Source: Verrucomicrobiota bacterium
Lineage (GTDB): Bacteria; Verrucomicrobiota; Verrucomicrobiia; Limisphaerales; Palsa-1400
Length of the DNA stretch: 64,000 nucleotides
NCBI GenBank assembly: GCA_049517295.1
Contig: JBEKSF010000005.1
Span: forward strand, 1 to 64,000
Reading direction: 5' to 3'
Shown here: positions 37,939-47,000 of the stretch, piece after piece
Position numbering within the stretch: position 1 is the stretch's first letter
Layout: each line of letters begins with the position of its first letter
Notes under the pieces: generated by a model
Seen by the model: only the letters and a program-made list of their open reading frames with translations
Database searches by the model: none
Told to the model about the DNA's origin: nothing
Program-made: the position numbers and the translations under genes

Positions 37939-38271
37939 TTAGGTTCCTATCATCCGCTTTACGGCTTCGCGGATGGCCGCGAACTTGCCAGCCTGCAACT
38001 CGCCAACTTGGCCGGCCACGAGGCTGGCATGCGCCGTGAACAATTTGCCAGGGCGCGCGAAACTCGTGAGCCGCAATGAACCCTGCGCAAAATCGCCGGC
38101 TTCCAGCCTGACGGCACGCGCGTCGCCATACGACTGGCTGGTGATTTGACAGAGAATCCAATCGTCTCGCCCCGCATCGCCCAGCACCACCGCCGGTCGA
38201 AGCTTGGAGGCAGTCAGATCGGAAAACGGGAAGTGAACTATGACGACTTGCCCGGCTGCAAGTGTGCCCAT
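37939..38271 (-). CDS. Type II toxin, MazF/PemK family endoribonuclease
   Basis: GQVVIVHFPFSDLTASKLRPAVVLG and FARPGKLFTAHASLVAGQVGEL fit the PemK/MazF fold pattern. Confidence 0.65.
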   Translation of the reverse strand: MGTLAAGQVVIVHFPFSDLTASKLRPAVVLGDAGRDDWILCQITSQSYGDARAVRLEAGDFAQGSLRLTSFARPGKLFTAHASLVAGQVGELQAGKFAAIREAVKRMIGT

Positions 38272-38465
38272 GCCGCATCCTCCTCGGGACGATTCCAGTC
38301 CTCCGCCAACGCTGCTTCGCTCAAGAGCGCTGCGTCGTTGACTTGCGGCTCTTCTTCCAGGATGGTCACCAGCGCGCGCCTGGGGGAGCGCACATGCACC
38401 GGTTCCACGAGGCGGACTTCGCCACTGGGCTGGATGATTGCTTCGACGGTTCTCATCTCAATCAA
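38238..38465 (-). CDS. Putative cognate antitoxin (75 aa)
   Basis: It is a small acidic ORF immediately upstream of the toxin on the same strand and overlaps it by 34 nt. This is the classic TA gene arrangement. Confidence 0.5.
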   Translation of the reverse strand: MIEMRTVEAIIQPSGEVRLVEPVHVRSPRRALVTILEEEPQVNDAALLSEAALAEDWNRPEEDAAWAHLQPGKSS

Positions 38466-38523
38466 AAGCCTAACACACCGGCAGGCATCCTCAAGAAGTT
38501 CTTCGCCTCGAAAAAAGTCCGGC

Positions 38524-38784
38524 TTACGTGCTTAACGCGGCCGTTGGGCTGGGCCGCTGCACGAAAGCGGCTTGCTCGCGCTGCCGGCGATTGAGTTCCC
38601 GATCGGCGGCGAGGTATCGAAACCGGTCTGCGAGTTGGAGCCGATCCAATAGGCCGGCTTGGTGCAACCGGGTCACGACGGCGTGACAAGGGCGCCGCAA
38701 TTCTTGGCTCAGTTCCCAATTCCTCCGCTTCGTGCTTCCCACACCCGATTTATCTGCTACCTTTCCCTGCCGCCAAACCGGCAC
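38524..38784 (-). CDS. Hypothetical small protein (86 aa), doubtful
   Basis: The ORF has no recognisable motifs. Its start abuts the divergent hisI start, leaving no room for a promoter. Confidence 0.15.
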   Translation of the reverse strand: MPVWRQGKVADKSGVGSTKRRNWELSQELRRPCHAVVTRLHQAGLLDRLQLADRFRYLAADRELNRRQREQAAFVQRPSPTAALST

Positions 38785-38786
38785 CT

Positions 38787-39176
38787 ATGAGCGCTTATGA
38801 CAAATTAAAGTTTAATTCCGACGGCCTCATCCCGGCCATCATCCAGGACAATCAGAATGGCCGGGTACTCATGATGGCCTGGATGAACCGCGCCTCGCTG
38901 GAAGCGACCGTGGCCACCGGCAAAACCCATTTCTGGAGCCGCTCCCGCCAGAAATTCTGGATGAAAGGCGAGACCAGCGGACACACCCAGACAGTCAAGG
39001 ACATCGCCTTCGATTGCGACGGCGACACCCTCTTGATCAAAGTCGAGCAGATCGGCGCAGCCTGCCACGAGGGCTACCGTTCCTGCTTCTATCGCTCCTT
39101 CACCGACGGCGGCGCGGGGGCGCGGGTTACCGAGCCGCAACTGCAAACTCCTCAGGAGATTTACGGCAAGAAATGA
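38787..39176 (+). CDS. hisI: Phosphoribosyl-AMP cyclohydrolase (monofunctional HisI)
   Basis: [26 protein letters not shown] and CDGDTLL with [10 protein letters not shown] are canonical HisI motifs. Confidence 0.85.
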   Translation: MSAYDKLKFNSDGLIPAIIQDNQNGRVLMMAWMNRASLEATVATGKTHFWSRSRQKFWMKGETSGHTQTVKDIAFDCDGDTLLIKVEQIGAACHEGYRSCFYRSFTDGGAGARVTEPQLQTPQEIYGKK

Positions 39177-39694
39177 CCTTCCTCCCATTCGCCAACCGCG
39201 GCTACCTTGCCATGTTCGCTCTCCTGCTGGCGGGGCGCGGGATGGATTTCTTGAGCACCTGGGTGGCGACTCCCAACCTCGCGCTGGAAGGCAATCCGCT
39301 GGCGAAAAAAATGGGGTGGAAATGGGGCGGACTGCTCAATGTGGCGATTTGCTTCGCCTTCGCCTTCTGGCCGCTGACGGCCGTCATTGTTATCACCACC
39401 AGTCTGCTGGTGGCGGCCCGCAATTTTCATTCCGCCTGGCTCATGCGCTCGATGGGCGAGGCAGCCTATCGCGAGTGGTTTGTTGAGCGCATTGCCCAGG
39501 CCCGCCTGTCTCTTTTTTTCTCATGCCTGCTCGCCGAAACCGTCCTTGGGGGCGCGATCGGCGCGGCGCTCATTGGCTTCAGCGGCGAGGAGTCTGTTCC
39601 CTTTGCCATCGGTTTCGGCATTCTCGCCTACTCCGCCATCGTTCTGTTTTACACCTCTCTTTCTTTGTGGCGCTTGCGCCGTCGAATGGAGTAA
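39173..39694 (+). CDS. Hypothetical integral membrane protein (173 aa, ~5 TM)
   Basis: Its ATGA start overlaps the hisI stop. It has hydrophobic segments throughout and no family assignment. Confidence 0.45.
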   Translation: MTFLPFANRGYLAMFALLLAGRGMDFLSTWVATPNLALEGNPLAKKMGWKWGGLLNVAICFAFAFWPLTAVIVITTSLLVAARNFHSAWLMRSMGEAAYREWFVERIAQARLSLFFSCLLAETVLGGAIGAALIGFSGEESVPFAIGFGILAYSAIVLFYTSLSLWRLRRRME

Positions 39695-39704
39695 TTAACA
39701 CGCC

Positions 39705-41210
39705 ATGTATTACCCAAACCAGGATGAATTCTTGGCGCTGGCCGGACAGGGGAACCTGATCCCGGTCACCCGCCGCGTGCTGGCCGATTTGGAAACGCCT
39801 CTCTCGGCCTATCGCAAAATCCGCGGCCTGGGCGAGTCGTTCCTTTTCGAGTCCGTCGAGGGCGGCGAACACATCGGCCGCTACTCCTTCGTCGGCTGTA
39901 ATCCGCGCGCCGTCATCAAACAGACCGGCCGGCGCGTCGATCTGATCGAAAACGGGAAGGTCATCGAGTCCTTTCCCCTCGACGGCGACATCAAGGACGG
40001 TTTGGCCGTCGTCGAGCAAGTCATGCGGCGCTACCGTCCCGCGCCGGTCCCCGGCTTGCCGCGCTTCACCGGCGGCGCCATCGGCTTCATCGGCTACGAG
40101 TTTATATACGACATCGAACCGGTCGTTCCCCGCCCCCCGAAAGACGAGCTGAACACGCCCGTGCTCTATTTCCTCATCGCCGACGAACTGCTGGTCTTCG
40201 ACCGCGTGGCGCAAACCATCACCATCGTCGTCAACGCCCTCCTTGACGGCCGGCCGCCCCAGGAAGCCTACGAGGAAGCCGTCGGGGAAATCGAACGCCT
40301 GCTCTCTTTGCTCGAACAGCCCACCCAGAACGCGACTGTCGATGTCCCGCGCGACCTTCCGGAAATTCCCGTTTCCTCCAACATGCCCAAGGACGCCTTC
40401 CTGGAAAACGTCGCGCGCGCCAAAAAATTCATCACCGCCGGCGACCTGATTCAGGTGGTCGGCTCGCAGCGATTCTCCACGCCCCTGAAGGCCTCGCCCG
40501 TCGATCTCTATCGGGCGGCGCGCTCGATCAACCCCTCCCCCTATATGTTCATGCTCGAACTGGACGGCTTGTCGCTCGTCGGCGCCTCGCCCGAAGTCCA
40601 CGTGCGCTGCGAAGACCGCCGGGTGGAAATCCGCCCCATCGCCGGCACGCGCCGCCGCGGCCAGACCGCCGAGGAGGACAAGGCCCTGGAGCAGGAGTTG
40701 CTGGCCGACCCCAAGGAACGGGCCGAGCACGTCATGCTCGTCGATCTGGCTCGCAACGACATCGGGCGCGTCTGCGAATTTGGCACCGTGCAAGTCAGCG
40801 ACCTCATGGTCATTGAGCGTTACAGCCACGTCATGCACATCGTCACTCAAGTCGAGGGAAAACTTTCCCCCGACCGCACCGCCTACGATCTGATGCGGGC
40901 CACCTTCCCCGCCGGCACGTTGACGGGCGCGCCCAAAATCCGCGCCATGCAATTGATTTCCGAGATGGAGCAAACCACCCGCGGACCCTATGGCGGCTGT
41001 GTGGGCTATTTCTCCTTCAACGGCAACCTGGACTCCTGCATCACCATCCGCACCGCGCTCATCAAAGACGGCACGGCCTACATCCAGGCCGGCGGCGGCT
41101 GGGTGTATGATTCGGTTCCCGAAACCGAGTTCCAGGAGACTGTCAACAAATCCAAGGCCATGTTAAAGGCCGTGGCCATGGCCGAGGGCATTTCAGCGCA
41201 GCCGGCGTGA
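39705..41210 (+). CDS. trpE: Anthranilate synthase component I
   Basis: 501 aa. LESVEGGE, the chorismate-binding C-terminus GTLTGAPKIRAMQLI and GPYGGCVGY are present. Confidence 0.85.
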   Translation: MYYPNQDEFLALAGQGNLIPVTRRVLADLETPLSAYRKIRGLGESFLFESVEGGEHIGRYSFVGCNPRAVIKQTGRRVDLIENGKVIESFPLDGDIKDGLAVVEQVMRRYRPAPVPGLPRFTGGAIGFIGYEFIYDIEPVVPRPPKDELNTPVLYFLIADELLVFDRVAQTITIVVNALLDGRPPQEAYEEAVGEIERLLSLLEQPTQNATVDVPRDLPEIPVSSNMPKDAFLENVARAKKFITAGDLIQVVGSQRFSTPLKASPVDLYRAARSINPSPYMFMLELDGLSLVGASPEVHVRCEDRRVEIRPIAGTRRRGQTAEEDKALEQELLADPKERAEHVMLVDLARNDIGRVCEFGTVQVSDLMVIERYSHVMHIVTQVEGKLSPDRTAYDLMRATFPAGTLTGAPKIRAMQLISEMEQTTRGPYGGCVGYFSFNGNLDSCITIRTALIKDGTAYIQAGGGWVYDSVPETEFQETVNKSKAMLKAVAMAEGISAQPA

Positions 41211-41223
41211 CTCGTGCTGCGGT

Positions 41224-41307
41224 TGGTGCGCGAGAGAGGACTCGAACCTCCACCCCTTTCGGGACCAGATCCTAAGTCTGGCGTGTCTGCCATTCCACCA
41301 CTCGCGC
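41224..41307 (-). tRNA. tRNA-Leu (anticodon TAG), type II, CCA encoded
   Basis: The reverse complement reads GCGCGAGTGGTGGAATGGCAGACACGCCAGACTTAGGATCTGGTCCCGAAAGGGGTGGAGGTTCGAGTCCTCTCTCGCGCACCA. The anticodon loop is CTTAGGA. Confidence 0.85.
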
Positions 41308-41426
41308 CGCCGTGTCAATGACACTATCGCATCGGCGCGGGCGGATGCAAGATTGGAGGGGTTTTCGGATTGGGGAGAGACAGAAAATCCGTGACATCCG
41401 GGCCATCCGTGGTTGACTCCCGTTTG

Positions 41427-41561
41427 ATGAAATATGAGGAACTGACCGGCCAGATCCTTGGCGCGGCGAAGACCGTTTTGAATGAACTCAAGCCGGGTTT
41501 GGACGAGAAGTTGGACAACCCGAGTAAGGACCGGAAGAGTAACCACGGATTTCCCGGATGA
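41427..41561 (+). pseudogene. Truncated GxxExxY-family protein remnant (N-terminal ~30 aa conserved, remainder lost)
   Basis: MKYEELTGQILGAAKTVLNELKPGLDEK matches the N-terminus of the GxxExxY (PD-(D/E)XK-like) family (ELTGxIIGAAIEVHxELGPGLLE). The frame stops after 44 aa. No continuation is found in other frames. Confidence 0.4.
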
Positions 41562-44056
41562 CACGGATAGCACAAGCATGGACAACGCCAAGCTCCGGAT
41601 GCGGCATTCCACCGATGATGTCGGGAAACCAAGAAAATGAGGATAGGCCGAGTGGTCTGCAAGTGACGAGAGGGACAGACACGGCGTCGAGCACAGTGCA
41701 AGGCCGCGGCCGCCTCCTCGCCTCCACTTCCAGGGCAACCGCCTTCTTGGTCAGCCTCTGGCTTTTCTTTTGCGCTTCAACGCCCGCCTCTTCGGCCGGC
41801 CCTCCGGCAACCTTTCAGGACAAGGTCGCGCCGATTGTGCCGCTCCGGGCGGAGCCGTTCCCCCTCCAAAACGTGCGTCTTTCCCAAGGCCCCTTCCGCC
41901 ACGCGATGGAACTCGATCTCGCCTATCTCCTGTCCCTCGACCCCGACCGGTTGCTTTACAGCTTCCGCCTCAACGCCGGTTTGCCCTCCACCGCCAAGCC
42001 CTACGGCGGCTGGATGACTCCCGGCCGCGTCAGTTGCGCCGAGTTTGTCGGGCACTACCTCTCGGCCTGTGCGCTGATGTACGCCAGCACCGGCGACGAG
42101 CGCCTTCGCCAAAAGGCCAATCTGGTCGTAGCCGGCTTCGGCCAGTGCCAGGACAGCTTGGGCACCGGTTACCTTCATACCAAGCCTGACAACTTCTCCA
42201 CACAGGGCCAGGCGCCCCTGGGTTTGTGGTATCAAATTCACAAAATCCTCGCCGGCCTGATGGAAGTGTATGTCAATTGCCATAATCAGCAGGCCCTCGA
42301 TATCGCCTGCAAACTCGCCGATTGGGCCAAGACCGGCGCCGACCGTCTCAGTGACCAACAGATGCAGGACATGCTCGCCATTGAACAGGGCGGCATCAAC
42401 GAGGCCCTCGCCAACCTCTACGCACTCACCGCCCAGGATAAGTATCTCCACCTGGCTCTCCGCTTCAATCATCTGGATGTTATCGGCCCCGCCTCCCGCC
42501 ACGTGGACAACCTTACTGGCAAACACGCCAACACTCAGATCCCGAAATTCGTCGGCGCAGCCCGTCAATACGAATTGACCGGCCAGGACTGGCTCAAGAC
42601 GGCCTCCGCCTTCTTCTGGGATACCGTCGTCCATGAACGTTCCTATGTCATTGGCGGCAACAGTTTCGCCGAGTTCTTCTCTCCGAAGGAAACCCTCTCC
42701 CAGGCCCTCGGCTCCGATACGTGCGAAACCTGCAACACCTACAACATGCTCAAACTCACTCGCCATCTCTTTTGCTGGGACCCGCGCGCCGAATACGCCG
42801 ATTTCTATGAGCGGGCGCTCTACAATCACATCCTGGCTTCCCAGAATCCCTCCAATGGCATGATGTGCTACTTCCTTCCCTTGGCCTTTGGCGCCAAACA
42901 ATACTCCACCCCCGAAGACAGCTTTTGGTGTTGCACCGGCACCGGCATCGAGAACCATGCCAAATACGGCGATAGTATTTACTTCCACCACGGCAATTCC
43001 GTGCTCTTTGTCAACTTGTTCATTGCCTCGGAGCTGCATTGGCCCGCCCCGGGCATTTCCCTCCGCCAGGAAACCAGCTACCCGGACGAAGGACGCACCC
43101 GGCTCACTTTTACTTGCCAGAAACCCACCCAACTCCGCCTCTGCATCCGGCACCCCTATTGGGCCGCCTCCGGTTTCGATATCAGCATCGACGGCGTCAG
43201 GCAGCCGGCCAACAGCCAGCCAGCCAGTTACGCCGTCCTGGACCGCACCTGGCAGACTGGCGACACGGTGGAAGTCACGATGCCTTTCAGCCTGCGGACC
43301 GAAGGCTTTCGCGACAACCCGCGCCGATTCGCCTTTATGTACGGCCCTTTGGTGCTCTGTGCGCGGACGACCGGCCCCACTCTCTATGAGGCTCCCTGTC
43401 CCGCGCTCGTTGCCGACGACGACCAATGGACCGCCGGCCTGGAACCGGTGCCCGGCAAGCCGGATGCCTTCACGGCTTCAGCGCGAGTCCTGCGCCTGGA
43501 CGCGGTGAACGACCACCCCGTTACCTTGGAGCCTATCCACCTCGAGCATGGAGACCGCAGTTATGTCGTTTATTGGAACGTGCTGACTCCCAGCCAATGG
43601 CAGGCCGACGACGCCAATTCCCGCGCTCTCCAAGCCCGCATCGTCGATCGCGTCCTTCCCGGCAACGACCAAAACGAACGCGACCACCAGGTCCGCGGCG
43701 ATCGAACCGGCACCGGCGATCCAGGCTGGCGTCACGCCGTGGACGGCGGCTGGTTCTCCTGGCAGATGAGCGTCCTTCCCCGGCAACCGCAGGAATTGCG
43801 CGTCAAGTATTGGGGCAGCGACACGGGGGGACGCGAGTTCGACATTTTTGTCGATGCTGAGAAGCTGACCACGCAGATACTGGACAACAACCGCCCGGGC
43901 GAGTTCTACGAGACGACCTATCCCCTCCCCGACCGCCTCACGCAAGGCAAGGCGAAGGTTACGGTCAAGTTCCAGGCCCATCCGGACAAGATTGCCGGCG
44001 GAGTCTTTGGCTGCGCCATTTCACGCATTGAGCCAAAGGGACCAACGGCGCCATAG
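41558..44056 (+). CDS. GH127 (DUF1680) family glycoside hydrolase (beta-L-arabinofuranosidase-like), secreted
   Basis: 832 aa. A hydrophobic signal-like segment is AFLVSLWLFFCAS. The CC motif in FWCCTGTGIENH fits the Cys-rich zinc site of GH127. Start is uncertain (41558 or the internal MM at ~41615). Confidence 0.55.
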   Translation: MTRIAQAWTTPSSGCGIPPMMSGNQENEDRPSGLQVTRGTDTASSTVQGRGRLLASTSRATAFLVSLWLFFCASTPASSAGPPATFQDKVAPIVPLRAEPFPLQNVRLSQGPFRHAMELDLAYLLSLDPDRLLYSFRLNAGLPSTAKPYGGWMTPGRVSCAEFVGHYLSACALMYASTGDERLRQKANLVVAGFGQCQDSLGTGYLHTKPDNFSTQGQAPLGLWYQIHKILAGLMEVYVNCHNQQALDIACKLADWAKTGADRLSDQQMQDMLAIEQGGINEALANLYALTAQDKYLHLALRFNHLDVIGPASRHVDNLTGKHANTQIPKFVGAARQYELTGQDWLKTASAFFWDTVVHERSYVIGGNSFAEFFSPKETLSQALGSDTCETCNTYNMLKLTRHLFCWDPRAEYADFYERALYNHILASQNPSNGMMCYFLPLAFGAKQYSTPEDSFWCCTGTGIENHAKYGDSIYFHHGNSVLFVNLFIASELHWPAPGISLRQETSYPDEGRTRLTFTCQKPTQLRLCIRHPYWAASGFDISIDGVRQPANSQPASYAVLDRTWQTGDTVEVTMPFSLRTEGFRDNPRRFAFMYGPLVLCARTTGPTLYEAPCPALVADDDQWTAGLEPVPGKPDAFTASARVLRLDAVNDHPVTLEPIHLEHGDRSYVVYWNVLTPSQWQADDANSRALQARIVDRVLPGNDQNERDHQVRGDRTGTGDPGWRHAVDGGWFSWQMSVLPRQPQELRVKYWGSDTGGREFDIFVDAEKLTTQILDNNRPGEFYETTYPLPDRLTQGKAKVTVKFQAHPDKIAGGVFGCAISRIEPKGPTAP

Positions 44057-44061
44057 CAGAA

Positions 44062-47000
44062 TCACTGCGCCACGACCCTATAAAAGCGGGCGGTGTTGGT
44101 TCCGATCACGTCGCTTATTTGGATTGAACCCGGTGCGCTTAAATCAATCGTTTCCAACTTTTGCCATGTGATCGGCGGCGTGAGGTTTGTCGCATACTCA
44201 ACCACATAAGTCGCATCCAATTGGCTCGGTATGGTGAACTCAACGCCGTTGCTTGTCAGCGTCGGCGGTTGCAATGTCACCGCCTCGGGCAGCGCGACGA
44301 CCACCAGGATGTTCGTCGAGACGCCGGTAAGATTGCTTTGGTTGTAAGCCGTAAACGTGACCGTCTGGCTGCCCGCGTTTGTCCAGAAATGCACGACAGA
44401 AACGCCGACGTTTGAGACCGTTGTATGGTCGCTGAATCTCCACGATGCCCACGACGCACGCCCCGTGATTTCTCCAAAATAAGAAGCAGGCGCGTTGACC
44501 AGCACGTTGGTTTGACCATACCCAATGTTCACCGCCAACGGCCCAACCAGGTTTGACACCACCACCTCGCTGCAACCCATCGAAGGCGGATTGGCCCATG
44601 TCTGGCCATCCAGGTCCGTCCCGCTCGAGTACGCGGCGCTGCCCGCGCCGCGGCACGGTGAGTTGGTGGAGATGTGATACCAGTCGAGAAACTGCGGGTT
44701 AACACTGATAAGCTTGCCTCCATAAAGGGGGGAACTGACTACGAGTATGCACGAATTTGAGTACGCATAGATATACCCGATCGCCGCTTCATAATCGTCT
44801 TCCGCGTAACTGACCGGGTAGCCGTCCATATTGCCGACTTCGATGCAATTCAACACCAAGCAATTGTAAGTTCCCGCCCCGGCGTCGGATATTGCCGGTA
44901 TGATATAATTATCTTGAAGCGTGCAGTTCTTGAGCTTTGTGTAGTACGCGCCACCCCCGTTTGCCTCAGCCAGATTCATAACTTCCAGCGAGTTGTTTAG
45001 CGTGCCGGAATATATTCCTCCTCCATAGACCGCCGCGTTGTTGCTTAGAACACAGTTGCATACCACCGCATTTGACGAGGCGCACCACACCCCGCCCCCT
45101 TGCGTGCTGGCCCCGTTGCCGGTCGATTGGGTCGCTCCGCCTTCGAGGGTGAATCCCGCCAATTCCGCTCCATTGGTCAGCCAGGCGCATCGCACCGCAA
45201 GCGGGCCGTTGGTCATCTCCGGGTCCCACTGGCCCTGGATCGTCGTGGCCGAATATCCATTGACGCTGGCCACTGTCAACGCTTTGTCCACTGTGACACG
45301 ATTGGTGATGACCCCGTCCTCCGACTCCCCGCCCATGTCATAGATGCCGTTCGTCACCAGCACGATCTCTGCGGCAACGGCGGCGTCGATGGCGTCCTGA
45401 ATGGTTGTGGCGGCCGTGGCCCAATTGGTATAGGGGACGACGGGATTTGTGCCCGCCGCATTGACGCAATGCACCACCAAAGTCACCACGGCGCTGGTGG
45501 CCACTCCGTAGGAGTTGCTGACCACCAGTTGGTAATTCCCCGCGTCGGCCAGGCTCACCCCCGTCACCACCAAACCGCTGGTTTGCGTCGAACTGAAATG
45601 CCCATTGGTTTGCACGACGACGCCGTCTTTGAGCCACCAGTACGACAACGGCGCCTGGCCATCCACAACGGCATTAGTGACGGTGAACCCGACTCCCTTT
45701 GTTGAGAGCAAGACGTGTGGTGCCGCGACCAGAGGCGCTGGCTGCCACTCCGCGCAGCCCACGGACGGCGGATTCAACCACGCCCGCCCGAAAATATCCG
45801 TCCCCGTCGCGACCTTGGCCCCGGCTCCAATGCATGGCGAGTTGGTCATCAGGTGAACGCCATCGGTAAAAAGTTGCGGAGGATTGGTAAAATTACCACT
45901 GCCTAACACGTTACCAGGAGGCAGGCAACAATGTATATAGGTTAGCTGCCGATCATTGCCATTATAATATGAGATACAATTGGTCGCAGAGCCGACCGGG
46001 TAAAGCGCAGAAATGCCGTAAGCGAGGTTGCTCACGATCGTGCAATTGTTCACATAGGCTCCGCAGGCGCCGCTGCTGTTGCTGCTAATCAAACAATTGT
46101 ACAGCGTGCCTTGATACACGCCGCCGCCGTTTTGACTAGCCACATTGGTAACAATGACACAATTGGCGACAATAGAGGCATTTGTCGTGGCGCACCACAC
46201 CCCTCCCCCGCTCTGCGTTGTTGTCGCGCCTCCATTGGTACCCGTCGCGCCCTCTGTCAGAGTGAACCCGATCAGCACGGCGTTGGTCGTCAGCCAGGCG
46301 CATCGCACTGCCGCCGGTCCGTTGGTTATCCCAGCGCCTTGGATGACCGTCACCCACGGCCCGTTGACGCTTTCAACAGTGAGTGCTTTGTTCAAAGCGA
46401 CACGATTCGTTAATATGCCGTCCATTGAAACGCCGCCACTGCAATAAACTCCATTGGTTACCAGGATCACGTCGTTGCCGGCGGCCGCATCGATCGCGTC
46501 CTGAATCGTTGTCGCAGCCGTGGTCCAATCGCTATACGGCGAAACCGGGTTTGTCCCGGACGCGTCCACGCAATGAACCGCCAGCGTCGCCACCATGCTG
46601 GTGACAACGCCGTAGGCGTTGCTGGCGACCAGTTGATACCCGCCGGCATCGGCCACACTGAGGCCGTTGGCCAGCAAATTCGTCGTTTGGGTAGCATTAA
46701 AGTGCCCGTTGCTCTGCAACGCCACCCCATCCTTGAGCCACCAACAGGAAAATGGACCCAGCCCGGCTACAGCGCCTTCGATGAAAAATCCAGGCACCGT
46801 GTTGCTGATTTGAAATTGGAGCACCTCCGGATACGGCACCGGTTGCCACTCCGCGCAACCCACTGATGGTGGATTGCCCCACGGTTGGCCAAAAATGTCC
46901 GTGCCCCTGACAAGATTGGTGCCCGCCCCGATGCAGGGCGACGTACTGAGAAGATGAACGTTATCTAAAAATAGCTGTGGAGCGTTAGTGAAGTTGCCAC

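Noticed and set aside
41777-43426. 549-aa ORF on the minus strand antisense to the GH127 gene
   Set aside because: It lies entirely inside a well-supported plus-strand gene and has a Gly/Ala/Arg-rich composition typical of GC-rich antisense frames. There is no motif support.
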